A stretch of 64,000 nucleotides of DNA from Chrysomallon squamiferum (taxonomy: Eukaryota > Animalia > Mollusca): positions 44,888,001 to 44,952,000 of the forward strand of contig CM022665.1 in NCBI GenBank assembly GCA_012295275.1, given 5' to 3'. Within the stretch, counting starts at the first letter, position 1. Each line of letters begins with the position of its first letter. This document shows, in pieces, positions 42,515 to 56,824 of this stretch. Under the pieces are notes generated by a model, which was not told the origin of the DNA, did not search any database, and worked only from the letters and a program-made list of their open reading frames with translations. The position numbers and the translations under genes are program-made.

Positions 42515-44632
42515 TCACATTGGATTGTTTGCATTGTTATGCATGACACCTGAATTACTATACTTGGTACCTCCATCATCTACCATAGAAGGAGCACCAA
42601 GCTTATTTGAAGCTTTGTTTTGAAAACATGCTGTATAATGTATTCTTCTATACTGATGATTAAAATAGCAACATATAGCCGTTCCCATGGGATGTTTAGA
42701 TTCATCTGTAACTATTATATCATGAGTAGGCCAGACCTCCAAATTACCTTTGTTTTCATTTGCACATTGATACTGTTTCTTTTGACATAAACCACTAATA
42801 TCTGTAAAATTTAAAGTATGAGACGTTTCAGTTGGAAATAATATTAACGGTGAGTCTTTGCAAGTATAGTCTAAAGCAAAGCCTCCCGCACTTATGACAG
42901 TCTCACGATAACCATCGTGTCTTTTCATATTATATATGTAATTTGGAGACTCAGCCTTATAAGTAACACCATCATCATCACCGTTCCAAGCATGATTTAA
43001 TATTTGCATAGCAATATCACTTGGCATGAATAGCTTACGATCAGGTTGTACAGGAATACTTCTTTCACTAGCACTATCCATACATTCTTCGTCTCTAAAA
43101 TAATGATTATGATGTAACATTAGATTCTTTTCAGGTAAACCATAATCGTTATTAATGTCTGTGAATGTCCAAACTCTTGCATTAGGAGGAGCCATCACTG
43201 GAACTTCGTTAGGATCGGTTTTATTATTGTTCAGTACATGAATAACCATATTATTTATACTAAAACCGATCTTTTTAACTCTGTATCCGATGAATTCGTC
43301 TGGCAGGTTCCAATCTTCTGGAGTCGTGCTGGCAGCTTTATACCAATATGGTATAATATGTCCTCCGTGATTGAATGTAAATTGGCACACGTTGGGATCT
43401 CCAATAGCTTTTTCCAGTTAACATCGTCAGTATTATTATCTAATATCTTCATTTCAGCTTTCCTGGATTTAGTAAAATATATACTACTATTAAATGTACG
43501 TTTGAATGTCTTTTTAATAGTAATATATCTAGGATCTGATCCTTTGGTAGTTCCACCGAAACCTTGGTACAATACGTTATTACCAGTAGCTGATGCCATG
43601 GGAGCTCCTTCGACAGCTTCAGATCCTCCAGTATCTGTGACTTCTTCATTCATGATACTGTTAGGTTCCATGACTGATTCTTCTGGTTGTAAATAAGTAC
43701 CTTTGGAATTGGATTGCTCCAAAATGTCTTGTGAAACTACATTAGATAATTGTCTGTTATTCATTCTTTTGGCAGAACTACCACCGTACGGTTCATCAGA
43801 TGGTCTTTTCATAACTTGTTGATTACTATATCCGGACGAGAATTGCTTATCTCTTGGTCGTTGTACATCGTTTGCGAGTATAGAGGGGCTTTTAACGTCG
43901 TCTTCGTCCGAATCTTCAATAGCGTTATAGTTTTGCCAAAGATCTTGAATTGCCTGATAGAAATTTCTATTAGGAACTTGTATATTCGGATACTGACGTC
44001 TGATCTGTAACCATTGTTGCTGTCTTTCTCTGTAGGGGACATTTTGATCAGCTAATTTATCAAACAATGTAGCTTTGCGGCAGCCCAAAGTCTATTGATA
44101 GCTTTTCCACTTAATCTTTGCTTTCCTTTAATCATGAAATCTGATTATGTCTATTTAAATATGTAGCGTTTTCACCTTCTTCTTCTTGTAACAAATGTCT
44201 TTCAGCAGGTGTGATTTGTTCGTTCAAATCTTTACCGTTATTTTCAGATACAAATTCACCAAATTGATTCAAAGCTTCTTCAATCTGGTTCTTGGTATAG
44301 CTAGATATTCCTTCAACTGAAGCTTCTACTATCGATTGACCAACGGCTGTAGCTGGTTCCAATAAAACACTTTCAGCACCAATCAATTCAGAAATTGCTG
44401 GAGCTGTAGATTCTATTATAGCGTTTGTAGCTAAACCAACTGATGCATCAAATGCGTACTCTATAATCTCTGTTGCAATAATGCCTAACGCAGTGAACAT
44501 GCTATCTCATAGAACGATTATGATAGAATGACATTAAAATTTAAATGCAATCAGATACATACAGTTATACCGGATATGACGTTATAATCATATTTAAAAT
44601 TTAAAATAAATGACGTTATATGTCACGTGATT
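42515..44632 (-). mobile_element. Capsid-only unit B3: sORF 44132-44500, VP from 44135 and 3'-truncated at ~42518
   Basis: VP ends at ..HNNANNP and runs directly into the ITR arm. Confidence 0.88.
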
Positions 44633-44693
44633 GAAAAAGACAGATGATGATAGATCACATCAACTCTTGTTATTTATCATCATCTGTCTTTTT
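44633..44693. repeat. Collapsed B ITR remnant
   Basis: aaaaagacagatgatgata..tatcatcatctgtcttttt with the whole hairpin core missing. Confidence 0.85.
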
Positions 44694-47440
44694 TAATCTA
44701 TTTATAGATATTTAAATTAAGTATAATAAATAACATAGTCATTTTAATTTTTAAAATCTTTATTTCAAATGTTAATATATTTACATGTTAATAATTTTAA
44801 ACAATTTACATATTAATAAATTATTTAAATTGGATATGACCAATCAAAAGCATTTCCCATGGTTTCGACCGTCCTGTCGCCATATGCACCATGTACTGGC
44901 CATAACTGTCTACGTCTATTTCTACGTCTATTCCAATTATCCCAAGTGGGAGCAAAGCATCTCATCTTCCATGTTTTCTGAATTCTTTCTTTATATTTTT
45001 CAACTGTTTCACCCAAGAACTGATCTTGTTCGGTATGTGTAACGTTATCCTTATTACCCATGGGAGTAGATTCACCTTTTTATAAGTTAATCCTAACATA
45101 TTGCCTGGACATCCACCCAAACCGATTGGAATGTACTTTGGACATTCCAGTTCTAATGACAAATTCAACTTCACTGTAAAAGTGATCTGAATATTCGCAT
45201 TGTAATTAAAAACAGTGTATTACCTCCACTCGTTTTTTCTATATCTGGATATAGACCAATCAGAAATAAGGTCTGTTACACTGATAAGTACGCCTATGCG
45301 ACCCATCTTTACAAGCATCTACGTTTGGATTGTTTGCATTGTTATGCATGACACCTGAATTACTATACTTGGTACCTCCATCATCTACCATAGAAGGAGC
45401 ACCAAGCTTATTTGAAGCTTTGTTTTGAAAACATGCTGTATAATGTATTCTTCTATACTGATGATTAAAATAGCAACATATAGCCGTTCCCATGGGATGT
45501 TTAGATTCATCTGTAACTATTATATCATGAGTAGGCCAGACCTCCAAATTACCTTTGTTTTCATTTGCACATTGATACTGTTTCTTTTGACATAAACCAC
45601 TAATATCTGTAAAATTTAAAGTATGAGACGTTTCAGTTGGAAATAATATTAACGGTGAGTCTTTGCAAGTATAGTCTAAAGCAAAGCCTCCCGCACTTAT
45701 GACAGTCTCACGATAACCATCGTGTCTTTTCATATTATATATGTAATTTGGAGACTCAGCCTTATAAGTAACACCATCATCATCACCGTTCCAAGCATGA
45801 TTTAATATTTGCATAGCAATATCACTTGGCATGAATAGGTTACGATCAGGTTGTACAGGAATACTTCTTTCACTAGCACTATCCATACATTCTTCGTCTC
45901 TAAAATAATGATTATGATGTAACATTAGATTCTTTTCAGGTAAACCATAATCGTTATTAATGTCTGTGAATGTCCAAACTCTTGCATTAGGAGGAGCCAT
46001 CACTGGAACTTCGTTAGGATCGGTTTTATTATTGTTCAGTACATGAATAACCATATTATTTATACTAAAACCGATCTTTTTAACTCTGTATCCGATGAAT
46101 TCGTCTGGCAGGTTCCAATCTTCTGGAGTCGTGCTGGTCAGCTTTATACCAATATGGTATAATATGTCCTCCGTGATTGAATGTAAATTGGCACACGTTG
46201 GGATCTCCAATAGCTTTTTTCCAGTTAACATCGTCAGTATTATTATCTAATATCTTCATTTCAGCTTTCCTGGATTTAGTAAAATATATACTACTATTAA
46301 ATGTACGTTTGAATGTCTTTTTAATAGTAATATATCTAGGATCTGATCCTTTGGTAGTTCCACCGAAACCTTGGTACAATACGTTATTACCAGTAGCTGA
46401 TGCCATGGGAGCTCCTTCGACAGCTTCAGATCCTCCAGTATCTGTGACTTCTTCATTCATGATACGGTTAGGTTCCATGACTGATTCTTCTGGTTGTAAA
46501 TAAGTACCTTTGGAATTGGATTGCTCCAAAATGTCTTGTGAAACTACATTAGATAATTGTCTGTTATTCATTCTTTTGGCAGAACTACCACCGTACGGTT
46601 CATCAGATGGTCTTTTCATAACTTGTTGATTACTATATCCGGACGAGAATTGCTTATCTCTTGGTCGTTGTACATCGTTTGCGAGTATAGAGGGGCTTTT
46701 AACGTCGTCTTCGTCCGAATCTTCAATAGCGTTATAGTTTTGCCAAAGATCTTGAATTGCCTGATAGAAATTTCTATTAGGAACTTGTATATTCGGATAC
46801 TGACGTCTGATCTGTAACCATTGTTGCTGTCTTTCTCTGTAGGGGACATTTTGATCAGCTAATTTATCAAACAATGTAGCTTTGCGGCAGCCCAAAGTCT
46901 ATTGATAGCTTTTCCACTTAATCTTTGCTTTCCTTTAATCATGAAATCTGATTATGTCTATTTAAATATGTAGCGTTTTCACCTTCTTCTTCTTGTAACA
47001 AATGTCTTTCAGCAGGTGTGATTTGTTCGTTCAAATCTTTACCGTTATTTTCAGATACAAATTCACCAAATTGATTCAAAGCTTCTTCAATCTGGTTCTT
47101 GGTATAGCTAGATATTCCTTCAACTGAAGCTTCTACTACTCGATTGACCAACGGCTGTAGCTGGTTCCAATAAAACACTTTCAGCACCAATCAATTCAGA
47201 AATTGCTGGAGCTGTAGATTCTATTATAGCGTTTGTAGCTAAACCAACTGATGCATCAAATGCGTACTCTATAATCTCTGTTGCAATAATGCCTAACGCA
47301 GTGAACATGCTATCTCATCGAACGATTATGATAGAATGACATTAAAATTTAAATGCAATCAGATACATACAGTTATACCGGATATGACGTTATAATCATA
47401 TTTAAAATTTAAAATAAATGACGTTATATGTCACGTGATT
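44694..47440 (-). mobile_element. Capsid-only unit B4: sORF 46939-47308, VP 44825-46942, several indels
   Basis: Near-identical to the other B copies but with more indels. Confidence 0.88.
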
Positions 47441-47925
47441 GAAAAAAGACAGATGATGATAGATCACATCAACTCTTGTTATTTATGAAAAACTCTTGAT
47501 ACACTAAGATCGCTTTTGGCTTTCATAATCACATGATAAGTCACGTGACACATCATCGCACGTGGTCTGAATCTGGTATGATGATATACCCCAACTCAAC
47601 TCTTGTGTAATTTTTAAAAACAATGTATAACTTTCCCGGTTTTCTGGTTTTCTGATCTTGAAAGCCAATATGTACTTTTAACCTGAAGTGACTAGTTCCT
47701 TCGGGCGTAGCCCGTGACCTGTGGTCATAAGTTAAAAGTAATTGTTTTTTAAAAATTACACAAGAGTTGAGTTAATATATCATCATACCAGATTCAGACC
47801 ACGTGTGCGATGATGATGTCACGTGACTTATCATGTGATTATGAAAGCCAAAAAGCGATCTTAGTGTATCAAGAGTTTTCATAAATAACAAGAGTTGATG
47901 TGATCTATCATCATCTGTCTTTTTT
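47441..47925. repeat. B-type ITR, flop orientation
   Basis: Tip cctgaagtgactagttccttcgggcgtagcccgtgacctgtggtcataag at ~47682-47731. Confidence 0.9.
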
Positions 47926-50680
47926 AATCTATTTATAGATATTTAAATTAAGTATAATAAATAACATAGTCATTTTAATTTTTAAAATCTTTATTTCAAA
48001 TGTTAATATATTTACATGTTAATAATAATTAAACATATTTACATATTAATAAATTATTTAAATTGGATATGACCAATCAAAAGCATTTCCCATGGTTTCG
48101 ACCGTCCTGTCGCCATATGCACCATGTACTGGCCATAACTGTCTACGTCTATTTCTACGTCTATTCCAATTATCCCAAGTGGGAGCAAAGCATCTCATCT
48201 TCCATGTTTTCTGAATTCTTTCTTTATATTTTTCAACTGTTTCACCCAAGAACTGATCTTGTTCGGTATGTGTAACGTTATCCTTATTACCCATGGGAGT
48301 AGATTCACCTTTTTTATAAGTTAATCCTAACATATTGCCTGGACATCCACCCAAACCGATTGGAATGTACTTTGGACACATTCCAGTTCTAATGACAAAT
48401 TCAACTTCACTGTAATAAGTGATCTGAATATTCGCATTGTAATTAAAAAACAGTGTATTACCTCCACTCGTTTTTTCTATATCTGGATATAGACCAATCA
48501 GAAATATGGGAGGTCTGTTACACTGATAAGTACGCCTATGCGACCCATCTTTACAAGCATCTACGTTTGGATTGTTTGCATTGTTATGCATGACACCTGA
48601 ATTACTATACTTGGTACCTCCATCATCTACCATAGAAGGAGCACCAAGCTTATTTGAAGCTTTGTTTTGAAAACATGCTGTATAATGTATTCTTCTATAC
48701 TGATGATTAAAATAGCAACATATAGCCGTTCCCATGGGATGTTTAGATTCATCTGTAACTATTATATCATGAGTAGGCCAGACCTCCAAATTACCTTTGT
48801 TTTCATTTGCACATTGATACTGTTTCTTTTGACATAAACCACTAATATCTGTAAAATTTAAAGTATGAGACGTTTCAGTTGGAAATAATATTAACGGTGA
48901 GTCTTTGCAAGTATAGTCTAAAGCAAAGCCTCCCGCACTTATGACAGTCTCACGATAACCATCGTGTCTTTTCATATTATATATGTAATTTGGAGACTCA
49001 GCCTTATAAGTAACACCATCATCATCACCGTTCCAAGCATGATTTAATATTTGCATAGCAATATCACTTGGCATGAATAGGTTACGATCAGGTTGTACAG
49101 GAATACTTCTTTCACTAGCACTATCCATACATTCTTCGTCTCTAAAATAATGATTATGATGTAACATTAGATTCTTTTCAGGTAAACCATAATCGTTATT
49201 AATGTCTGTGAATGTCCAAACTCTTGCATTAGGAGGAGCCATCACTGGAACTTCGTTAGGATCGGTTTTATTATTGTTCAGTACATGAATAACCATATTA
49301 TTTATACTAAAACCGATCTTTTTAACTCTGTATCCGATGAATTCGTCTGGCAGGTTCCAATCTTCTGGAGTCGTGCTGGCAGCTTTATACCAATATGGTA
49401 TAATATGTCCTCCGTGATTGAATGTAAATTGGCACACGTTGGGATCTCCAATAGCTTTTTTCCAGTTAACATCGTCAGTATTATTATCTAATATCTTCAT
49501 TTCAGCTTTCCTGGATTTAGTAAAATATATACTACTATTAAATGTACGTTTGAATGTCTTTTAATAGTAATATATCTAGGATCTGATCCTTTGGTAGTTC
49601 CACCGAAACCTTGGTACAATACGTTATTACCAGTAGCTGATGCCATGGGAGCTCCTTCGACAGCTTCAGATCCTCCAGTATCTGTGACTTCTTCATTCAT
49701 GATACTGTTAGGTTCCATGACTGATTCTTCTGGTTGTAAATAAGTACCTTTGGAATTGGATTGCTCCAAAATGTCTTGTGAAACTACATTAGATAATTGT
49801 CTGTTATTCATTCTTTTGGCAGAACTACCACCGTACGGTTCATCAGATGGTCTTTTCATAACTTGTTGATTACTATATCCGGACGAGAATTGCTTATCTC
49901 TTGGTCGTTGTACATCGTTTGCGAGTATAGAGGGGCTTTTAACGTCGTCTTCGTCCGAATCTTCAATAGCGTTATAGTTTTGCCAAAGATCTTGAATTGC
50001 CTGATAGAAATTTCTATTAGGAACTTGTATATTCGGATACTGACGTCTGATCTGTAACCATTGTTGCTGTCTTTCTCTGTAGGGGACATTTTGATCAGCT
50101 AATTTATCAAACAATGTAGCTTTTGCGGCAGCCCAAAGTCTATTGATAGCTTTTCCACTTAATCTTTGCTTTCCTTTAATCATGAAATCTGATTATGTCT
50201 ATTTAAATATGTAGCGTTTTCACCTTCTTCTTCTTGTAACAAATGTCTTTCAGCAGGTGTGATTTGTTCGTTCAAATCTTTACCGTTATTTTCAGATACA
50301 AATTCACCAAATTGATTCAAAGCTTCTTCAATCTGGTTCTTGGTATAGCTAGATATTCCTTCAACTGAAGCTTCTACTATCGATTGACCAACGGCTGTAG
50401 CTGGTTCCAATAAAACACTTTCAGCACCAATCAATTCAGAAATTGCTGGAGCTGTAGATTCTATTATAGCGTTTGTAGCTAAACCAACTGATGCATCAAA
50501 TGCGTACTCTATAATCTCTGTTGCAATAATGCCTAACGCAGTGAACATGCTATCTCATCGAACGATTATGATAGAATGACATTAAAATTTAAATGCAATC
50601 AGATACATACAGTTATACCGGATATGACGTTATAATCATATTTAAAATTTAAAATAAATGACGTTATATGTCACGTGATT
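47926..50680 (-). mobile_element. Capsid-only unit B5: sORF 50180-50548, VP 48058-50183 with one frameshift near 49560 (708 aa if restored)
   Basis: The 228-aa and 480-aa ORFs join into a full VP if one A is added to the run in attaaaagac. Confidence 0.9.
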
Positions 50681-51522
50681 GAAAAAGACAGATGATGATA
50701 GATCACATCAACTCTTGTTATTTATGAAAAACTCTTGATACACTAAGATCGCTTTTGGCTTTCATAATCACATGATAAGTCACGTGACACATCATCGCAC
50801 ACGTGGTCTGAATCTGGTATGATGATATACCCCAACTCAACTCTTGTGTAATTTTTAAAAAACAATGTATAACTTTCCCGGTTTTCTGGTTTTCTGATCT
50901 TGAAAGCCAATATGTACTTTTAACCTGAAGTGACTAGTTCCTTCGGGCGTAGCCCGTGACCTGTGGTCATAAGTTAAAAGTACATATTGGCTTTCAAGAT
51001 TTGTGATATCACATCAACTCTTGTTATTTATGAAAAACTCTTGATACACTAAGATCGCTTTTGGCTTTCATAATCACATGATAAGTCACGTGACACATCA
51101 TCGCACACGTGGTCTGAATCTGGTATGATGATATACCCCAACTCAACTCTTGTGTAATTTTTAAAAAACAATGTATAACTTTCCCGGTTTTCTGGTTTTC
51201 TGATCTTGAAAGCCAATATGTACTTTTAACCTGAAGTGACTAGTTCCTTCGGGCGTAGCCCGTGACCTGTGGTCATAAGTTAAAAGTACATATTGGCTTT
51301 CAAGATCAGAAAACCAGAAAACCGGGAAAGTTATACATTGTTTTTTAAAAATTACACAAGAGTTGAGTTGGGGTATATCATCATACCAGATTCAGACCAC
51401 GTGTGCGATGATGTGTCACGTGACTTATCATGTGATTATGAAAGCCAAAAGCGATCTTAGTGTATCAAGAGTTTTTCATAAATAACAAGAGTTGATGTGA
51501 TCTATCATCATCTGTCTTTTTT
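50681..51522. repeat. B-type ITR with two hairpin tips (flop)
   Basis: Tips at ~50923-50972 and ~51230-51279. Confidence 0.9.
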
Positions 51523-54277
51523 AATCTATTTATAGATATTTAAATTAAGTATAATAAATAACATAGTCATTTTAATTTTTAAAATCTTTATTTCAAATGT
51601 TAATATATTTACATGTTAATAATAATTAAACATATTTACATATTAATAAATTATTTAAATTGGATATGACCAATCAAAAGCATTTCCCATGGTTTCGACC
51701 GTCCTGTCGCCATATGCACCATGTACTGGCCATAACTGTCTACGTCTATTTCTACGTCTATTCCAATTATCCCAAGTGGGAGCAAAGCATCTCATCTTCC
51801 ATGTTTTCTGAATTCTTTCTTTATATTTTTCAACTGTTTCACCCAAGAACTGATCTTGTTCGGTATGTGTAACGTTATCCTTATTACCCATGGGAGTAGA
51901 TTCACCTTTTTTATAAGTTAATCCTAACATATTGCCTGGACATCCACCCAAACCGATTGGAATGTACTTTGGACACATTCCAGTTCTAATGACAAATTCA
52001 ACTTCACTGTAATAAGTGATCTGAATATTCGCATTGTAATTAAAAAACAGTGTATTACCTCCACTCGTTTTTCTATATCTGGATATAGACCAATCAGAAA
52101 TATGGGAGGTCTGTTACACTGATAAGTACGCCTATGCGACCCATCTTTACAAGCATCTACGTTTGGATTGTTTGCATTGTTATGCATGACACCTGAATTA
52201 CTATACTTGGTACCTCCATCATCTACCATAGAAGGAGCACCAAGCTTATTTGAAGCTTTGTTTTGAAAACATGCTGTATAATGTATTCTTCTATACTGAT
52301 GATTAAAATAGCAACATATAGCCGTTCCCATGGGATGTTTAGATTCATCTGTAACTATTATATCATGAGTAGGCCAGACCTCCAAATTACCTTTGTTTTC
52401 ATTTGCACATTGATACTGTTTCTTTTGACATAAACCACTAATATCTGTAAAATTTAAAGTATGAGACGTTTCAGTTGGAAATAATATTAACGGTGAGTCT
52501 TTGCAAGTATAGTCTAAAGCAAAGCCTCCCGCACTTATGACAGTCTCACGATAACCATCGTGTCTTTTCATATTATATATGTAATTTGGAGACTCAGCCT
52601 TATAAGTAACACCATCATCATCACCGTTCCAAGCATGATTTAATATTTGCATAGCAATATCACTTGGCATGAATAGCTTACGATCAGGTTGTACAGGAAT
52701 ACTTCTTTCACTAGCACTATCCATACATTCTTCGTCTCTAAAATAATGATTATGATGTAACATTAGATTCTTTTCAGGTAAACCATAATCGTTATTAATG
52801 TCTGTGAATGTCCAAACTCTTGCATTAGGAGGAGCCATCACTGGAACTTCGTTAGGATCGGTTTTATTATTGTTCAGTACATGAATAACCATATTATTTA
52901 TACTAAAACCGATCTTTTTAACTCTGTATCCGATGAATTCGTCTGGCAGGTTCCAATCTTCTGGAGTCGTGCTGGCAGCTTTATACCAATATGGTATAAT
53001 ATGTCCTCCGTGATTGAATGTAAATTGGCACACGTTGGGATCTCCAATAGCTTTTTTTCCAGTTAACATCGTCAGTATTATTATCTAATATCTTCATTTC
53101 AGCTTTCCTGGATTTAGTAAAATATATACTACTATTAAATGTACGTTTGAATGTCTTTTAATAGTAATATATCTAGGATCTGATCCTTTGGTAGTTCCAC
53201 CGAAACCTTGGTACAATACGTTATTACCAGTAGCTGATGCCATGGGAGCTCCTTCGACAGCTTCAGATCCTCCAGTATCTGTGACTTCTTCATTCATGAT
53301 ACTGTTAGGTTCCATGACTGATTCTTCTGGTTGTAAATAAGTACCTTTGGAATTGGATTGCTCCAAAATGTCTTGTGAAACTACATTAGATAATTGTCTG
53401 TTATTCATTCTTTTGGCAGAACTACCACCGTACGGTTCATCAGATGGTCTTTTCATAACTTGTTGATTACTATATCCGGACGAGAATTGCTTATCTCTTG
53501 GTCGTTGTACATCGTTTGCGAGTATAGAGGGGCTTTTAACGTCGTCTTCGTCCGAATCTTCAATAGCGTTATAGTTTTGCCAAAGATCTTGAATTGCCTG
53601 ATAGAAATTTCTATTAGGAACTTGTATATTCGGATACTGACGTCTGATCTGTAACCATTGTTGCTGTCTTTCTCTGTAGGGGACATTTTGATCAGCTAAT
53701 TTATCAAACAATGTAGCTTTTGCGGCAGCCCAAAGTCTATTGATAGCTTTTCCACTTAATCTTTGCTTTCCTTTAATCATGAAATCTGATTATGTCTATT
53801 TAAATATGTAGCGTTTTCACCTTCTTCTTCTTGTAACAAATGTCTTTCAGCAGGTGTGATTTGTTCGTTCAAATCTTTACCGTTATTTTCAGATACAAAT
53901 TCACCAAATTGATTCAAAGCTTCTTCAATCTGGTTCTTGGTATAGCTAGATATTCCTTCAACTGAAGCTTCTACTATCGATTGACCAACGGCTGTAGCTG
54001 GTTCCAATAAAACACTTTCAGCACCAATCAATTCAGAAATTGCTGGAGCTGTAGATTCTATTATAGCGTTTGTAGCTAAACCAACTGATGCATCAAATGC
54101 GTACTCTATAATCTCTGTTGCAATAATGCCTAACGCAGTGAACATGCTATCTCATCGAACGATTATGATAGAATGACATTAAAATTTAAATGCAATCAGA
54201 TACATACAGTTATACCGGATATGACGTTATAATCATATTTAAAATTTAAAATAAATGACGTTATATGTCACGTGATT
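51523..54277 (-). mobile_element. Capsid-only unit B6: sORF 53777-54145, VP 51655-53780 frameshifted
   Basis: ORF track; near-identical to B5. Confidence 0.9.
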
Positions 54278-54793
54278 GAAAAAGACAGATGATGATAGAT
54301 CACATCAACTCTTGTTATTTATGAAAAACTCTTGATACACTAAGATCGCTTTTGGCTTTCATAATCACATGATAAGTCACGTGACACATCATCGCACACG
54401 TGGTCTGAATCTGGTATGATGATATACCCCAACTCAACTCTTGTGTAATTTTTAAAAAACAATGTATAACTTTCCCGGTTTTCTGGTTTTCTGATCTTGA
54501 AAGCCAATATGTACTTTTAACTTATGACCACAGGTCACGGGCTACGCCCGAAGGAACTAGTCACTTCAGGTTAAAAGTACATATTGGCTTTCAAGATCAG
54601 AAAACCAGAAAACCGGGAAAGTTATACATTGTTTTTTAAAAATTACACAAGAGTTGAGTTGGGGTATATCATCATACCAGATTCAGACCACGTGTGCGAT
54701 GATGTGTCACGTGACTTATCATGTGATTATGAAAGCCAAAAGCGATCTTAGTGTATCAAGAGTTTTTCATAAATAACAAGAGTTGATGTGATA
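54278..54793. repeat. Complete B-type ITR palindrome (flip), fused to NS1 of genome C
   Basis: Arms of ~225 bp flank the tip at 54522-54569. Confidence 0.9.
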
Positions 54794-56757
54794 TCAAACA
54801 GATCTTGTGATGGGTTGTAACAATGTTCATCCTCTTCAGAATCAGATATGGTTATGTATTCGATTTCTGTTTGTTTATTCTGACATGTTTCAGTAAGTAC
54901 AGGGTCATTATCAGTCTTTAACACAGACTGACTGTCATCAAAGTTATCGGTAAAATAACTCAATCGTCCATCGAATGTGTTGTCATATATACTATTGTTA
55001 TTTTTGTTAACAAAGTAATCACGATCGTTTTCTAGAGCAATGTTAATCTCATCCTCCGTTGGCTCTCTACCTATTGCAAATAATTTAGGATGCATTAGGT
55101 TATAGCAATGCTTTAAAACATCGCTTCTTTTGAGATTCTGTACCAAATATAGAGTCTTCATTATACTGATTTGCGATGTAGTCAAACCGTCACCGAACTT
55201 ATTGTTTGAATTAAGTAAACAAATATTGGCACGACAATAACAAGGTGTAGTACCCTTCCTCTCGCATGTAGCCTTGCTACCACTCAGTAAGTCTTTATAC
55301 TTATCAATGTTAGTTTGTGTAATTGATATCTCTTCTCCTAATATTACCTTCTTTCCACCTAACATCTGCCAAGGAAAATTATCCTTGGCAATCTTTCCTG
55401 ATGCAGCTAAGCATTCAAACATTGAACTAGTCAACATTGTTTTACCACTGTCCGATTCGCCCTGAAAATACATGCCGACTTTTTTCTTCCCTTTTCCTTT
55501 TAACAGAGCCACTATCAAACAGAACAACCACCTTTCTTCTATCTCTTGTTCTCTGCACCAGCTGTTAAAAATCTTCAAACTGTCTTCAGGGGACATGTAA
55601 TGATCAATTTTATCGTTTAGCATTTGTATTTGATCAAATGCTGATTTTTCAGCCTGTTCCTCAATATACTTTGATCTTGCAGCCTTGAACAATTTATCCC
55701 CTGATGAATTAGCCACTGCATTGCACAGAGCTTTGAATTCATTAGTGTTGGAATCAAACTTGCTTATAAGCATGTTTGGTTTATTGATTTCTGGATATTG
55801 TTTGATCAACTTGTAAAAGAAATCGAGCGTTTCAGCAGATTTATTGTTTATTAAATGAGATGGAATATTAGGTCTGTCATCTTTTTGAACTGTTGTATCA
55901 TTATTGACAATTTCTGTTATATCCATTGCTTCTATTAGATCATTTTCTTTTTTCATTTCGTTTAAGGTCAAACCGCAATTGTTAACCATTTCTTTTTTAC
56001 GATCATCGTTGATCAATGTTTCTGGACGTTTCATAGCATCTTCTTTGCGAATGGGATCTCTAATTTTAGATGCTGTCAAAGATACATCTAATGATTTATT
56101 ATCTGTTGGATCGAAAAAATCATGTAAAATGTTTATCAAGTCAGCCTCATCATCATGTAAAAAAATTTCAACATCGTTCCATATGCTTAACATTTTTTCA
56201 TCATTCGTGCCAAGAAACTGCTTCTCCGTGTCATTCATTAAGTATCTCATGTAATTCTGAATAGACATTTCTTGTGGTTCTTTTAGTTTCAATATTTTCA
56301 AATATCCATTTTCATTGAGCACTGATCTATGGAGACGTCTATATTGTCTATCCTGCGAAGGTGTTTTCATCGCAGTTCTCCAAATGATATGTACATGCGA
56401 ACCGTACGTAGGTTGATTTGCATGTGATTCGCACTCTTTCTGGTGATACACCAATAATGTCTTCCAGTTTTTATTACGTACAAATGACTTCAACTCAGTG
56501 ATAACACGGTCTTGTCCCTTCGCAAGATACTCATGGCTTGGCGTTGCCCAATGATCCACTACTTTGTCCAAAATATCTTGAGGGTCCATTTGGTAAGACT
56601 TTATATAATTTTTTCCCGCTGCATAGACGAATTTGCCATCTTTATCTTTGGCTAGGCAACGGGGAACTAAGAATTTCGGATGTACCATGTCGTAGTTGAC
56701 ATGGCCAACCTAAACGCTGTAGTATCCTTCCTCCGGCATTTCTACGAACCTATCCAT
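54794..56757 (-). pseudogene. NS1: NS1 of genome C, with a nonsense codon near the start and a truncated C-terminus
   Basis: The start MDRFVE at 56757 matches A and D. There is an in-frame TAG at 56710-56712. Motifs GSHVHIIW, YMRYL, GESDSGKT, ILGEE and CLLNSN are present. The ORF reads into the B ITR after PSQDLF. Confidence 0.88.
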
Positions 56758-56824
56758 ACTTTAATTAAATGTTGTTAAATATGTTGTCTATAACAAATGA
56801 CGTTAACGACTGATAACGTTTTGA

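Noticed and set aside
54748-54793. C-terminal ITSTLVIYEKLLIH tail of NS1-C as a real domain
   Set aside because: It is read-through into the fused B ITR.
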